Below, piece by piece: positions 49,625 through 59,365 of a DNA stretch of 64,000 nt. How positions within the stretch are numbered: the stretch's first letter is position 1; each line of letters opens with the position of its first letter. Both the position numbers and the translations under genes were made by a program. The stretch is taken from the NCBI GenBank assembly GCA_965233865.1, contig OZ247587.1, positions 1,600,001 through 1,664,000 on the forward strand, read 5' to 3'. This DNA is from Candidatus Neptunichlamydia sp. (GTDB lineage Bacteria; Chlamydiota; Chlamydiia; Chlamydiales; Simkaniaceae). The notes below the pieces were generated by a model, which was not told the origin of the DNA, ran no database searches, and saw nothing but the letters and a program-made list of their open reading frames with translations.

Positions 49625-50400
49625 ATAGAGTTATTGACTATTTTCCAAAACGTTCCTTGATTTTCAAATGAGAGGGAGCTTTTGTTTGTGAAGCGCTTAA
49701 GCGCTTTTTGAATAGGGTACCCCTCATCTTTTCCCCAATGAAAGTCATCACCACAAAGAATCCCGCCACTCATTTCAATATGAGGATACCAGGATTCAAG
49801 ATCTTGTAGTACAGAGTCTTCGTCGTGAGAAGCATCCACATAAATCAGATCGATAGGAGGAAAGAGTTTTCTAGAGGCTTCAAGCGTTGTCATTCTAAGA
49901 GGGATGATTTGATCGGTCAACCGTGTTCGAATAATATTGGAAAGAAACTGGTTATAAAGCATGGAGCAATCTTGAGTATGTTCAGCGGATCCTTCCCAAT
50001 GATCTACAGCATAGACTGTGCCATTTAAAGGAAGAAAAGTTGCCATAAAGATCGTAGAAATGCCATGCCAGCATCCCAACTCAACAATAGTTTCAATCTT
50101 GTTATTTCTTAGGATATTCCCCAGTCCGACAACCGACTCTTGATTGAAGAAAGAACTTCCTTCAAATGAAAGCAGCTCTTTGACAAGGTGATAAGGTGAA
50201 GGGCGGAGAAATGGAGGAAGGGGAGTGAGTTGATATCCCCCCAGGCTGTGAGGGGATAGGACCTCTTGTTGAAGAAGCTCGCTTAACGTTTTTTCCGAAA
50301 TTCCAAGTCCATGGGGTTGAGCAATTCTTCCTCCGAATAACTGAAATAACTTAATAGCGCTAAGAGTGTTTCGATTTTCGATCATACTAATATAATACAT
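49621..50400 (-). CDS. Class I SAM-dependent methyltransferase (Methyltransf_24-like)
   Basis: VELGCWHGIST, AVDHWEGS, DLIYVDASH, GGILCGDDF. Confidence 0.85.
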   Translation of the reverse strand: MYYISMIENRNTLSAIKLFQLFGGRIAQPHGLGISEKTLSELLQQEVLSPHSLGGYQLTPLPPFLRPSPYHLVKELLSFEGSSFFNQESVVGLGNILRNNKIETIVELGCWHGISTIFMATFLPLNGTVYAVDHWEGSAEHTQDCSMLYNQFLSNIIRTRLTDQIIPLRMTTLEASRKLFPPIDLIYVDASHDEDSVLQDLESWYPHIEMSGGILCGDDFHWGKDEGYPIQKALKRFTNKSSLSFENQGTFWKIVNNSI

Positions 50401-50472
50401 AATTAATATGAAAATATAATTTCAACTATTTACTGATTAATTTAAATTTGTTATTTCTTTCGTTAAGAAGAT

Positions 50473-50507
50473 AAAAAAAGCCCCTGAGTACTTGCTCAAG
50501 GGCTTTT
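50473..50507 (-). terminator. Rho-independent terminator of the porin gene
   Basis: AAAAAAAGCCCCTGAGTA-CT-TGCTCAAGGGCTTTT; T7 tail on the minus strand. Confidence 0.75.
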
Positions 50508-50535
50508 CAAGTCTAGTTTTTTGGGAACAGAGTTC

Positions 50536-51687
50536 TTAAAAGTCCCAATTGAAAGTGAACTCAAAAGCTCTAAATCCTAAATTTGTAGGAAAGATATTAA
50601 AGAGACCTGTTACATCAGGGATACCCCCTTCAGCTAAATTTCCTTTAAAGAATTCAGTTTCATTATAATCTTCGTCTGAGAAGTACAGAATTTTGTAAGC
50701 ACCTTCGAATGAAAAATTCTTATAGGTGTATCTAAGACCTGCTTTCAAGGCTGTATTCAGAGTGACTAGATAATCTGTCATTCTTCTCCAAGTACCGTCG
50801 AAATCTAAAACATTAGCGTTGTTTTCAACAAACATGTTGGTGTTGACTTTGCCTTTTGCGAAGTAATTCGCAAATAGAAGGGCAAGTTTCATCTCAGAAA
50901 TAAAGCTTAAGTTATGAGGACGTAAATGCATGGGCAGTAGATCGAGTTGTGATTCCCATTTGAATGAAGGTCCCCAACCGAAGACTTTGTGTTTTTGTTT
51001 TTGAGCAATACTCCCACCTAATTCAGCGGGTCCACCATCCACATTAAGCGTAAAACCAGAGTTATTAATATGGTGGAGATTGATGTTTTGAAAACTGAAG
51101 CCTAGAGAAAGTTCATTGTGAAAGTACTTATCTAAAAGATTTAACAGCGCAACTTTAGTTCTAAAGTAGAATTCTGCAAAGTGATATTGCCCTTTCAAGC
51201 TTGCTCTTGCTCCATATCCAAAGTCCAAATCTGTAACCGATAAATCGCCTTCTTTCACATGATTAGAAGCGCTACTAGAGATATGATAGTAGTTGTAAAA
51301 TAGATCTAGATAAACCTGAGTGGGTATTAAATAACTAAGTTGACCTGTAATCCCAAGATTATAATCTGTGGGTAAACGATTTTTTTTGAACTGGCCATCG
51401 GCAGCAAGGCCGTTGCTATTCTCCACAATTCTTCCTTGAATATTTGCAAAATAGGGTATGGAGAAGGTGGGCTGAACTGCTGCTGCTGTGACACCAATTG
51501 TAAAGTTAGTGTCCTTGTATTTATTTTGGTTTTGGACGATCTGTATATGTTCCCTTAAGCTTTCTGGGTCTTGCTGGGAGTTTTGCATCCCTGCGTATGA
51601 AGACTGGGAACTGTCTCTTTCGATTGCTGAAGCCTGAATAGTAAGCGAGGCAAACACAGAGGCTAGCAGCAAAATTTTTTTCTTCAT
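50536..51687 (-). CDS. Outer-membrane beta-barrel, MOMP-like/Lpg1974-type porin
   Basis: Signal peptide, amphipathic beta strands, FGWGP, C-terminal FTFNWDF beta-signal, own terminator. Confidence 0.7.
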   Translation of the reverse strand: MKKKILLLASVFASLTIQASAIERDSSQSSYAGMQNSQQDPESLREHIQIVQNQNKYKDTNFTIGVTAAAVQPTFSIPYFANIQGRIVENSNGLAADGQFKKNRLPTDYNLGITGQLSYLIPTQVYLDLFYNYYHISSSASNHVKEGDLSVTDLDFGYGARASLKGQYHFAEFYFRTKVALLNLLDKYFHNELSLGFSFQNINLHHINNSGFTLNVDGGPAELGGSIAQKQKHKVFGWGPSFKWESQLDLLPMHLRPHNLSFISEMKLALLFANYFAKGKVNTNMFVENNANVLDFDGTWRRMTDYLVTLNTALKAGLRYTYKNFSFEGAYKILYFSDEDYNETEFFKGNLAEGGIPDVTGLFNIFPTNLGFRAFEFTFNWDF

Positions 51688-52010
51688 GGTGTTATCCTTT
51701 AAGTTTTTCGTGCAATTCTTCTATAAAATAAGAACCTACTAAAAACTGTTTTATAACGCAATTTTTTTTTAATAATTCAAAAAAGCACCAGGAATGTCTG
51801 TTCGATTTTCCGAGCCGGGTTTGCTTTTAAATAGATATTCTTTTTTACCTTTGTTCCCAATGAGTGAGATAACGTTCCTACCAGCCTGCATTTCCATTGA
51901 TTTGAAGGAAAACCTTCATAAAATTATTCATTTCTAATGAGCAAAGGCTCATCTTCTGAAAAAGCTGCACCTTAATATTGAAACTCCTGTTGAGATTGAG
52001 CTAAATAATA

Positions 52011-52749
52011 TAGATAAAATATTTCGTTTTAGTTATGCTTTTTTGAATGACGTATTCATTAGATTTTAGAAAAAAGGTACTGTTGATCCGAAGCACAGAA
52101 AATTTAAGTTTTGCCAAGACAGCAAAACGTTTTGGTGTAAGTGTAAATAGCATATTTCTTTGGTCTAAGAGGCTAGAGGCAAAGCGCACTAAAAATAGAC
52201 CTGCAATAAAGATTGAAAGAGATCGCTTGATGGAGGATATCAAAAAATACCCTGATGCCTTCAACTATGAACGAGCATATCGTCTCAATGTAAGCCTTTC
52301 AAGTGTTCGTTGTGCCATGAAGCGGCTAAGAATTAGCTATAAAAAAAACACTTAACCATCCCAAGGCTTGCAAAAAGAAGAGATCTCTCTTCAGAGAAAA
52401 GATTTCAAGGTATGAATGCTTGGAACAAACCTTCTTACTCTTGCACTGTTTGATTGTAATATTAATACAGATGCCTTTAGCAGTTGGGCAGAGCAAGACT
52501 TGATGCCGAAACTTCCTTCTGAAAGCGTTTTGGTTATGGATAATTCATCGTTTCATGAAAGCAAATCTATGCAAGAAAAGATCGAAGCTGCAGGCCACAT
52601 CTTGGAATATCTTCCCCCATATTCCCCAGAATTAAATCCTATTGAGCATAAATGGGCACAAGCAAAATCTAAACGAAGAAAATATCAATGTAGAATAGAT
52701 AAACTTTTTAAGGAATATTGCCTATAACTAAATTATATCAACTTAGCTA
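52011..52749 (+). mobile_element. IS630-family element with internal deletion
   Basis: orfA MTYSLDFRKKVL..ISYKK (A8 slippery run); orfB DNSSFH, PPYSPELNPIE; ends TAGATAAAATATTTCGTTTTAGTTAT and ATAACTAAATTATATCAACTTAGCTA; region of the first catalytic Asp is missing near 52415. Confidence 0.9.
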
Positions 52750-52880
52750 TGCCATTGAAAAAGAATACAATATTCTCAATGGCTTCGGTGTTCACGCTTT
52801 AATCAGACGTGGCGCATGTTTACTTTGAAACCTTCTCAGCAAAATTTTATCGCGTCGATATTGATGCAATAGATTTTTTT

Positions 52881-53639
52881 TCATGAATCTTTTGAATAAA
52901 TGCTTTTTAGGTACTGAAGAATTTCATCTAAGACCTGCTCGATCGATTGGTTACATGAAACGCCTCTAAAGCATTGATTTTTAGAGTAGTAATTGATTAG
53001 AGGAGCAGTTTGGGCGTGATAGACAGTTAGCCGCTTCTTAATAACCTCTTTCTTGTCATCACTTCTTTGGATAAGGGGAGAATGACAATGATCACAAATC
53101 CCTTTCTTTTCTGGGGGAGAGTATTGCAGATGAAATGGAGCACTGCATCCGTTACATACCATACGGTTGCTGAGCCTTTTGATGATTACTTGATCCTGGA
53201 GCTCTAGGTTAATAGCAACGGTTTTTGTGTCTTTGTTGAGACGCGCATGATAGATTTTTTCTTGCTCTAGGGTTCGAGGGAATCCATCAAGGATATATCC
53301 ATGAGAGCAGTCTTTTTTGGCGACTCGGGAGAAAAGTATGTCGAGAATAAGCTCATCGGGAACAAGCTTCCCGGCGTCCATGAATTCTTTTGCTTTGGAT
53401 CCAAAAGAAGTCCCTTTTTTGATATTTGAGCGAAGAAGATCTCCAGTTGAAATATGAGGGACATCGAGTTTTTTTTGTAACATTTTTGCTTGTGTTCCCT
53501 TGCCGGACCCTGGAGGACCTAGTAGAATTACCACAAGGGTTTGTTTTTTGAGTTCTTTTAGTTCAATTGTGGGAGTAGCAAGGACCGACATAACAAACAC
53601 TGGGGTAAAGATAAATAAGAACAGTCTTCTAAGTGACAC
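52881..53639 (-). CDS. adk: Adenylate kinase (Zn-LID type) with N-terminal extension
   Basis: LLGPPGSGKGTQA, HISTGDLLR, LDGFPRT, CNGC...CDHC, QRSDD. Confidence 0.93.
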   Translation of the reverse strand: MSLRRLFLFIFTPVFVMSVLATPTIELKELKKQTLVVILLGPPGSGKGTQAKMLQKKLDVPHISTGDLLRSNIKKGTSFGSKAKEFMDAGKLVPDELILDILFSRVAKKDCSHGYILDGFPRTLEQEKIYHARLNKDTKTVAINLELQDQVIIKRLSNRMVCNGCSAPFHLQYSPPEKKGICDHCHSPLIQRSDDKKEVIKKRLTVYHAQTAPLINYYSKNQCFRGVSCNQSIEQVLDEILQYLKSIYSKDS

Positions 53640-53711
53640 TACCCAAAGTATAGCAGATAGGTTTATTTATGACTGGTTTCGGGCTGTTTTTTGTTTTTTT
53701 TTGCTTCATTA

Positions 53712-54905
53712 TTATCGCAACTCTTCACAAGGAGTTTGGTCAATATCGGCTGAAGCTTGTCCATTCCAGTCGATGTCAAAGGTGAACATAGCTGGAAGAC
53801 ATTCACGAAGTTTAAAACTTCTGAAGGTATAGACTACAAATAGTAGAGGTTGAAATAGAAAGGGTTTGATGTCCTTCGTTGAAAAGATCACGTCTCGGAC
53901 TTTGATGAATTTTTTTGTAAATTGAAGGATTTGCTTTGTTTTCCATCCGTAAAGAAGCATTCCCCATGCAAGTTGTTTGGAATAGCCAAGTGCCGGGATA
54001 ATACATGTTTCGGGGTTGAAAAATGCTTTGGGAAGATTATCTTTTTTCTGGAAAAGATGAAGGCCGCTTGTTCCACGAGGGTTACATTCAATGGCGTACA
54101 GGTCCCCAGAAGGAAGCTCGATGAAATCAAAAGCAATTTGTCCCGTAAAGCTTTCCTTTTCGACAAAGGCTCTTACCCAATTTTCAATAAGAGGGTGGGC
54201 TATTGCTTCAAAGTTGAGGCATGAATGCCCCTCAATTGAAAAATCGACAGGATACACAGCATGAGCAGAAAGTTTTCCATGATGTGCAATGCTATATGAA
54301 CAGTAGTTCTTTCCATGAAGATATTCTTGGGCAACCAATGGATTGCGGGGATCGATCTTTACCTGAGGGGAGGAAGAAGTGACCTTTTGAATTTTTAATG
54401 CAGCTCGAGAGTAACTGGGTTTTAAAATATAAGGAACATCTAAGGAGACTTTTTCTAGCTCTTCTTGTGAGTGAATGAGGTAGGATCGAGGGGCTTTAAA
54501 CCCTAGAGAGTGAATTTTTTTATTAAAAAGCCATTTGTTATGGAGCTGGTCTAAAGTCTCATAATTCTCACATAGAACAGTAGATGACTTAGGAAAACGG
54601 TTTAATCCCTGTGAAAGGCAAAAAATTTCTTCGAAAGTGGGGATCACTAGGTCTATTTTTTCGTTTTTGCAGATATCAACCAGGGCTGCAATAAACCCTT
54701 CTGAATTAAAGCGTGGACTCGGAACGATGAAGTTTTTCTTTACTGTATTCGAATGGCGGCAGATGTGGTAAGGCGAGGTTTCTGTGATAAAAACTTCGTA
54801 ACCTTGTTCATGGAAGCGTCTGGCAACATCCAGCGTAAAAAGAGAACGGCCACCTGTGAGAAGAATTTTTTTACTAATAACGACCTCGTAGCTTAATATT
54901 TTCAA
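53712..54905 (-). CDS. ATP-grasp domain protein
   Basis: ILLTGGR, IPTFEE, LHNKW.F, LKPSYSR, QEYLHG, FDFI, IECNPR.TSG; real start probably a few codons downstream. Confidence 0.85.
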   Translation of the reverse strand: MKILSYEVVISKKILLTGGRSLFTLDVARRFHEQGYEVFITETSPYHICRHSNTVKKNFIVPSPRFNSEGFIAALVDICKNEKIDLVIPTFEEIFCLSQGLNRFPKSSTVLCENYETLDQLHNKWLFNKKIHSLGFKAPRSYLIHSQEELEKVSLDVPYILKPSYSRAALKIQKVTSSSPQVKIDPRNPLVAQEYLHGKNYCSYSIAHHGKLSAHAVYPVDFSIEGHSCLNFEAIAHPLIENWVRAFVEKESFTGQIAFDFIELPSGDLYAIECNPRGTSGLHLFQKKDNLPKAFFNPETCIIPALGYSKQLAWGMLLYGWKTKQILQFTKKFIKVRDVIFSTKDIKPFLFQPLLFVVYTFRSFKLRECLPAMFTFDIDWNGQASADIDQTPCEELR

Positions 54906-55035
54906 TATACGGAAAGCGAAATTTTTCGTAATGCCAAAAATTTAAAAAGATAATTATACATATTTAAATTTAAATTAATAAGGATAAGGAACCTTTCCGA
55001 CGTGCATTTTCATTTTCGCTTTTCGAGAAAAATCA

Positions 55036-55662
55036 CTAGGGTTCTACAGCCGTGTAGATCCATTCATTCTGCTCTAGAGTTGCAATTTCCTTTGTTGGAA
55101 AGGATCGGTGATGGACTTTAAAGAAGATAATCCGATCAGGTACTAAGCGATATCCTTTAAATTCTTGGGGGCATAGGACTTCTTTGGGGTACTCTTTCTC
55201 AAGTTCCTTTCTTCGGTTTTCAAGGATTGTTTGTGATTCTAAGAGCTCCCCATTATTAGACGCCATGAAGGTAAATTTCATAAAGCGAGGCATTCTGCTC
55301 CAAGCTTTTTCTGCTTCTTCGCGGGAGATCTGATTCACGATCCCATCTATGCATAATTGGCGATGGGTACGAGGGAGGTAGATATTCAGCGATGCATGGG
55401 GATTATAGGAAAGGTGGCTGATTTTTTCTGTTTTCTCATGGGTAAAAAAGAGAGCTCCCTTAGTCTGATTGAAGTTGGTGATTTCAATCATTCTTGCATG
55501 GGGCCTTCCATTAGAAGCAACAGTTGCTAGAGAGGCGAATTTAAAGAAGCGCCCCTCTGTTCGCTCTTTTTCTTCTTTAAACCACGCGTCGACCTTTGCA
55601 ACAGGGTGAGGCTGTTTTGCAAAAAGAGAGAATGAATATAAAAGGATTAAAACAAATTTCAT
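55036..55662 (-). CDS. Pyridoxamine 5'-phosphate oxidase-like FMN-binding protein with signal-peptide-like N-terminus
   Basis: LATVASNGRPHARM, FFT..T.K, NPHASL, RQLCIDG, P.EFKGYRLVP. Confidence 0.8.
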   Translation of the reverse strand: MKFVLILLYSFSLFAKQPHPVAKVDAWFKEEKERTEGRFFKFASLATVASNGRPHARMIEITNFNQTKGALFFTHEKTEKISHLSYNPHASLNIYLPRTHRQLCIDGIVNQISREEAEKAWSRMPRFMKFTFMASNNGELLESQTILENRRKELEKEYPKEVLCPQEFKGYRLVPDRIIFFKVHHRSFPTKEIATLEQNEWIYTAVEP

Positions 55663-55717
55663 GGTATTAATCTAATTTTCATTTTCTTTTTTTTCAAGAA
55701 GTGTTTTTGATAAACCT

Positions 55718-55894
55718 ATGGAAAGTGAAACGTTAGAATATCAGCATCAAAGGGCGATCCTAGAAACCTTTATAGCACATGATTTTCTTAAGGGAAAGCG
55801 TCTTACGATCTTATGTTTTTCATGCATGGAGAAGTCGAGGCGATTTTGTCTTGGATAAGGCTAAGTGGCTTGCTTCTCTTGGGTATGTTAAAGT
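55718..55894 (+). pseudogene. N-terminal remnant of a dienelactone hydrolase family gene
   Basis: MESETLEYQH..LETFIAHD..KGKRLTILCF, frameshift, then HAWRSRGDFVLDKAKWLASLGYV. Confidence 0.6.
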
Positions 55895-56935
55895 TTACCA
55901 AGCGTAATACATGGTTAAGATGCCCGAGACAAAATCGCTGGAATTTCTTCCAGTAATGGTGAACCAAACTCCTGCTAAAAATCCTAAATGATCAGATGGG
56001 TTGTATTCGATCGCAGGTGCACAACTGAGGTTATCATTAGAAGGCACTCCTACCAAAGCGGTGCCTCCCGCGGAGGTTCTTCCTTTATTTCCCGAGAAAG
56101 TGCTATGGTTTTGATAGGTGTAAGCAAAATCTACTGAAAGAACCCACTTTTGAGTAAAGCTAAGTTCTACCGAAGTATAGATGGCAATTTTATTTCCAGG
56201 GCGCACTTTTCCGCGTGTATTGTATCCTCCTCCATAGGCATTGAATTCCTGGATTTGGACCCTCATCGGAACGGCATAGTTCATTGAAAAACGCCAAGCA
56301 AGGGGATGGGTGTTTATCCACCAGAAAACTTTGGATGCGTTGAGGGAAACGTTGGTAAAGTAAGCCCCTGAACCAGTTGCATCCACCCCATTTTTTGCAG
56401 GATTGAGTTTCTCATATCGCCCTGTAGGAAAGATTTCAGTAATCGTAATGCGAAGCGCAGGTCTATAAGGGGATTCTCTCACTAGTTGAATTCCCCATTC
56501 AAGGGAGGTGTCTCCCCAATAGAAGCAACTTTCTCCATCTTTGTTATTATAGAATCCTTGGACAATTATTGTGAAGTCGAGCCAAGAAAACCACCCCATT
56601 TGCAAGAGGCATAAAGGGTTAATTGTCCATAGGTCTAAAGTATTTACAGACCTGCGGTTCCCATTATACTCTGCAAAGGTGTTCGTGATAAAAAGGTAAG
56701 GCTGAACAACAAATTCTCCAGGGGGGTCATTGTGAGCTGAAGGAGTTAATAGAGGGCCAGCGTACCAAGGGTTGAGCATTTTCTGGGAGGTATCAAAATC
56801 TACTTGTGCTTGCGCAAGCTGCTGATCCATCTTAGAAAGAAGAGGAGGCTGGCTGGGTAATTGTTGAGGTAAGCCTTTCTCTTGAGATAGTAGTGTTGCC
56901 GTGATAAATAAAAATTCCAATAGCGTTTTTTGCAT
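55895..56935 (-). CDS. Putative outer-membrane beta-barrel/transporter (MetA/phenol-degradation barrel-like)
   Basis: Signal-like N-terminus, GPLLTPSA, QPYLF, FPTGRYEKL..D.TGSG, aromatic C-terminus YYAW. Confidence 0.6.
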   Translation of the reverse strand: MQKTLLEFLFITATLLSQEKGLPQQLPSQPPLLSKMDQQLAQAQVDFDTSQKMLNPWYAGPLLTPSAHNDPPGEFVVQPYLFITNTFAEYNGNRRSVNTLDLWTINPLCLLQMGWFSWLDFTIIVQGFYNNKDGESCFYWGDTSLEWGIQLVRESPYRPALRITITEIFPTGRYEKLNPAKNGVDATGSGAYFTNVSLNASKVFWWINTHPLAWRFSMNYAVPMRVQIQEFNAYGGGYNTRGKVRPGNKIAIYTSVELSFTQKWVLSVDFAYTYQNHSTFSGNKGRTSAGGTALVGVPSNDNLSCAPAIEYNPSDHLGFLAGVWFTITGRNSSDFVSGILTMYYAW

Positions 56936-57015
56936 AGGTTAACCTTTCTTCAAATTGGATTGAAAAACATTCTATTCTTTAAAGAAAATAATAGGAAGAA
57001 GAGATTAATAGGACT

Positions 57016-57498
57016 AGATTATGTCAACGATGAGATGCTTATGTTTATACATTGGGGTATATCAAAAGAAGCAATTATTCGCTCTTCAGAACTTCTCAGC
57101 TTGGAGATTCCAGGGATTACGATCCGGACGAGTTTAACTGTTGGTTTTCCAGGGGAGACTGAAAAAACAGTTTGAAGAACTTTTGAGATGTATTAAAGAG
57201 TATCCGATCGATAATATGGGTATTTTTCAGTAGTCAAAGGAGCTTGGGAGCCATGCAGCAAGCCTTTCGAATCAAATTTCTGATGAAGTAAAGGCAAAGA
57301 GACAAAAGCGCTAAAAAAATTGGTCAGACGTTAGAAATGCTCATGGTAGGGCGTCACCGTGGACAGTGCCCTGAAATTGATAGAGAAGTGATCATTAATG
57401 ATATCACCGGAGTGAAGGCTTTCAGAAAGTTGTATCAAGTTAAGATTACCGAGGCTTTGGACTACGATCTGGTCGGATATATTGCTCAAAAACATTAA
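57016..57498 (+). pseudogene. rimO: C-terminal remnant of ribosomal protein S12 methylthiotransferase
   Basis: IRTSLTVGFPGETE, then after frameshifts and stops GIFQ*SKE.GS.A, GRHRGQCPEID, VKITEALDYDLVG. Confidence 0.8.
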
Positions 57499-57535
57499 AT
57501 GATTTATAATGATCCCATAAATCTTTTTTGGAGAT

Positions 57536-58105
57536 GTGAGTGTGAAAATTTTTATTGAATCAAATCCGGCTTTTTCAGAAAAAGCTAAGTCTAGGGTTTG
57601 GACAGCAATGCAGGTGTTAATCGGAGGCTTATTCCTCGCCGCTTGTGCTCAAGTTTCAATTCCTCTTTATCCTGTTCCAATGACGATGCAAACCCTGGGA
57701 ATCTTCACGCTTGCAGTGATGCAAGGTGGAAGAATCGCTTCCTTTTCTGCTCTTCTATATCTTGCGCTGATTTCTCTTGGACTTCCAATGCTTTCTGGTG
57801 GAGCTTCTAATGCAATGTGGTTTGCTTTCCCATCGGCAGGATATCTTTTGGCATTTCCGATTGCTGCATTTGTAATTGGGAAACTAATCTCTGCAAAGGA
57901 AAAGCCAAACTCTCTTTGGGTTCTTTTCAGTATTTTGGTTGGTCAGGTAATTATCTATACTCTAGGAGTGGGAGTTTTGACGCGATTGCTTTCAGTTAAA
58001 GAAAGCTTAATGGCAGGCCTTGTTCCTTTTCTTCCCCTAGCGGGAGTGAAGCTTCTGTTGGCTTCAACTTTAGGTGGTCTTTGGCTTCGTTGGAAGAGGA
58101 AATAG
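57536..58105 (+). CDS. bioY: Biotin transporter BioY
   Basis: AQVSIPLYPVPMTMQTL, GLPMLSGG, GYLLAF, IYTLG, VPFL. Confidence 0.92.
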   Translation: MSVKIFIESNPAFSEKAKSRVWTAMQVLIGGLFLAACAQVSIPLYPVPMTMQTLGIFTLAVMQGGRIASFSALLYLALISLGLPMLSGGASNAMWFAFPSAGYLLAFPIAAFVIGKLISAKEKPNSLWVLFSILVGQVIIYTLGVGVLTRLLSVKESLMAGLVPFLPLAGVKLLLASTLGGLWLRWKRK

Positions 58106-58300
58106 CTCAATGCACACGTGTGGGTCTGGCAGCTGTTGCGATCCAAGAGGTAGAAATTTTTCTTGATAAGCGCAAGGGTATCTCGAATATGGGAAGTCGG
58201 TTGAAGAGCGTGCATCGCGCGAACCTTTAGAGGAAATGGGGCTCATCGCAAAGATTTTGCTTCATGCTCTGTGTACGAACAATTTTATTGTTCCCAAACT

Positions 58301-58549
58301 TAGTGCGGGACGTTTTTTAACAGACCTCCATATTTCTCGTTAATGTCCCTCTTTGAGAAATAGAAATGTTTTTTGGATGCTTGAAAAAAGAGGATTCTTC
58401 TTGGAAGAAAAACATTTTTAGATGGGGGTTTGATGAGCTTCGAGGGGTATTTTTGAACTTGAAGAAAACAATCGAATCATTCTTAAAGTCACTTAAGATA
58501 CTTATTATGAATGATAAATATAGAGTGCATTAAAAAACGTCCTGTGTTA
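58301..58549. repeat. ~250-bp non-coding element bounded by inverted repeats (MITE-like)
   Basis: GGACGTTTTTTAA (58308) and TTAAAAAACGTCC (ends 58542) form a perfect 13-bp core; TTAG on both flanks. Confidence 0.65.
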
Positions 58550-58743
58550 GGAATCTTTATCTTGACTTCTAAGGCTAGCTAATCTATTTGTCTAAAAAAG
58601 AGATCTATACTAATAATAATTACGTTCACTTATTTAAGAATAAGTTGTAAAAATAAAATTAGATTGTCTTATACGTACTTAGTTGTAGAACGAGAATGTT
58701 TTTTTCGCATACAAAAAAAAGATTTTACCAAAGGGGGAAGCAT

Positions 58744-59365
58744 ATGAAGATGAGACTACATTATTTCACCATTTTTTTATTTTTCAATTTGATGATTTTA
58801 AAAATTCATGGGAATGAACAAAATATCTTGAATAACCTATCAGCATTTTTTCCAATGGATAGTAAATTTAAGAAGATCTATGGAGTATCCCCTATGCATC
58901 ATGTTGAATATGATATGATAATAAAGAACAATTTGTTTAACTCTAAAACTAATCTTAATGCATTTGTAAGCTTCAGTTATCTATATGGATCTGGAAAAAC
59001 AAACCTAAATTCTCACTCACATATTCATTACCTTCCTTTAAGTTTAGGAGTTGATCTACGTTTTCAATATAAAAACAACAACTTAATTCCCTATCTTGGG
59101 GTTGGCCCTGTTGTAGCCTACTCTAATATTCATAATCATTCTGGAAAATCTTGTTACTTAGATAAAAACCAAAACAGTTGGGGTATCGGATTAAGAACAA
59201 AATCTGGTATTTTTGCCAGAATAACACCCTCTCTTCTTTTCAATTTTTTTTGCAGACTACTCTTTAACAAGAATGTTTTTTCACTATGATTGTAAAAATA
59301 TAATTAAAAACAGGTGTTATTTACACGGAATATCCGCTGGTTCAGGATTAGTGTATAAATTTTAG
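58744..59365 (+). pseudogene. OmpW/OmpA-like small beta-barrel gene frameshifted at a T8 tract
   Basis: LPLSLG, IPYLGVGP; deleting one T at 59244-59251 restores FNFFADYS...GISAGSGLVYKF*. Confidence 0.75.

Noticed and set aside
48368..52749. Composite transposon formed by the two inverted IS630 copies
   Set aside because: Both copies are defective, and a TA target is too short to show joint transposition; the right flank is TG
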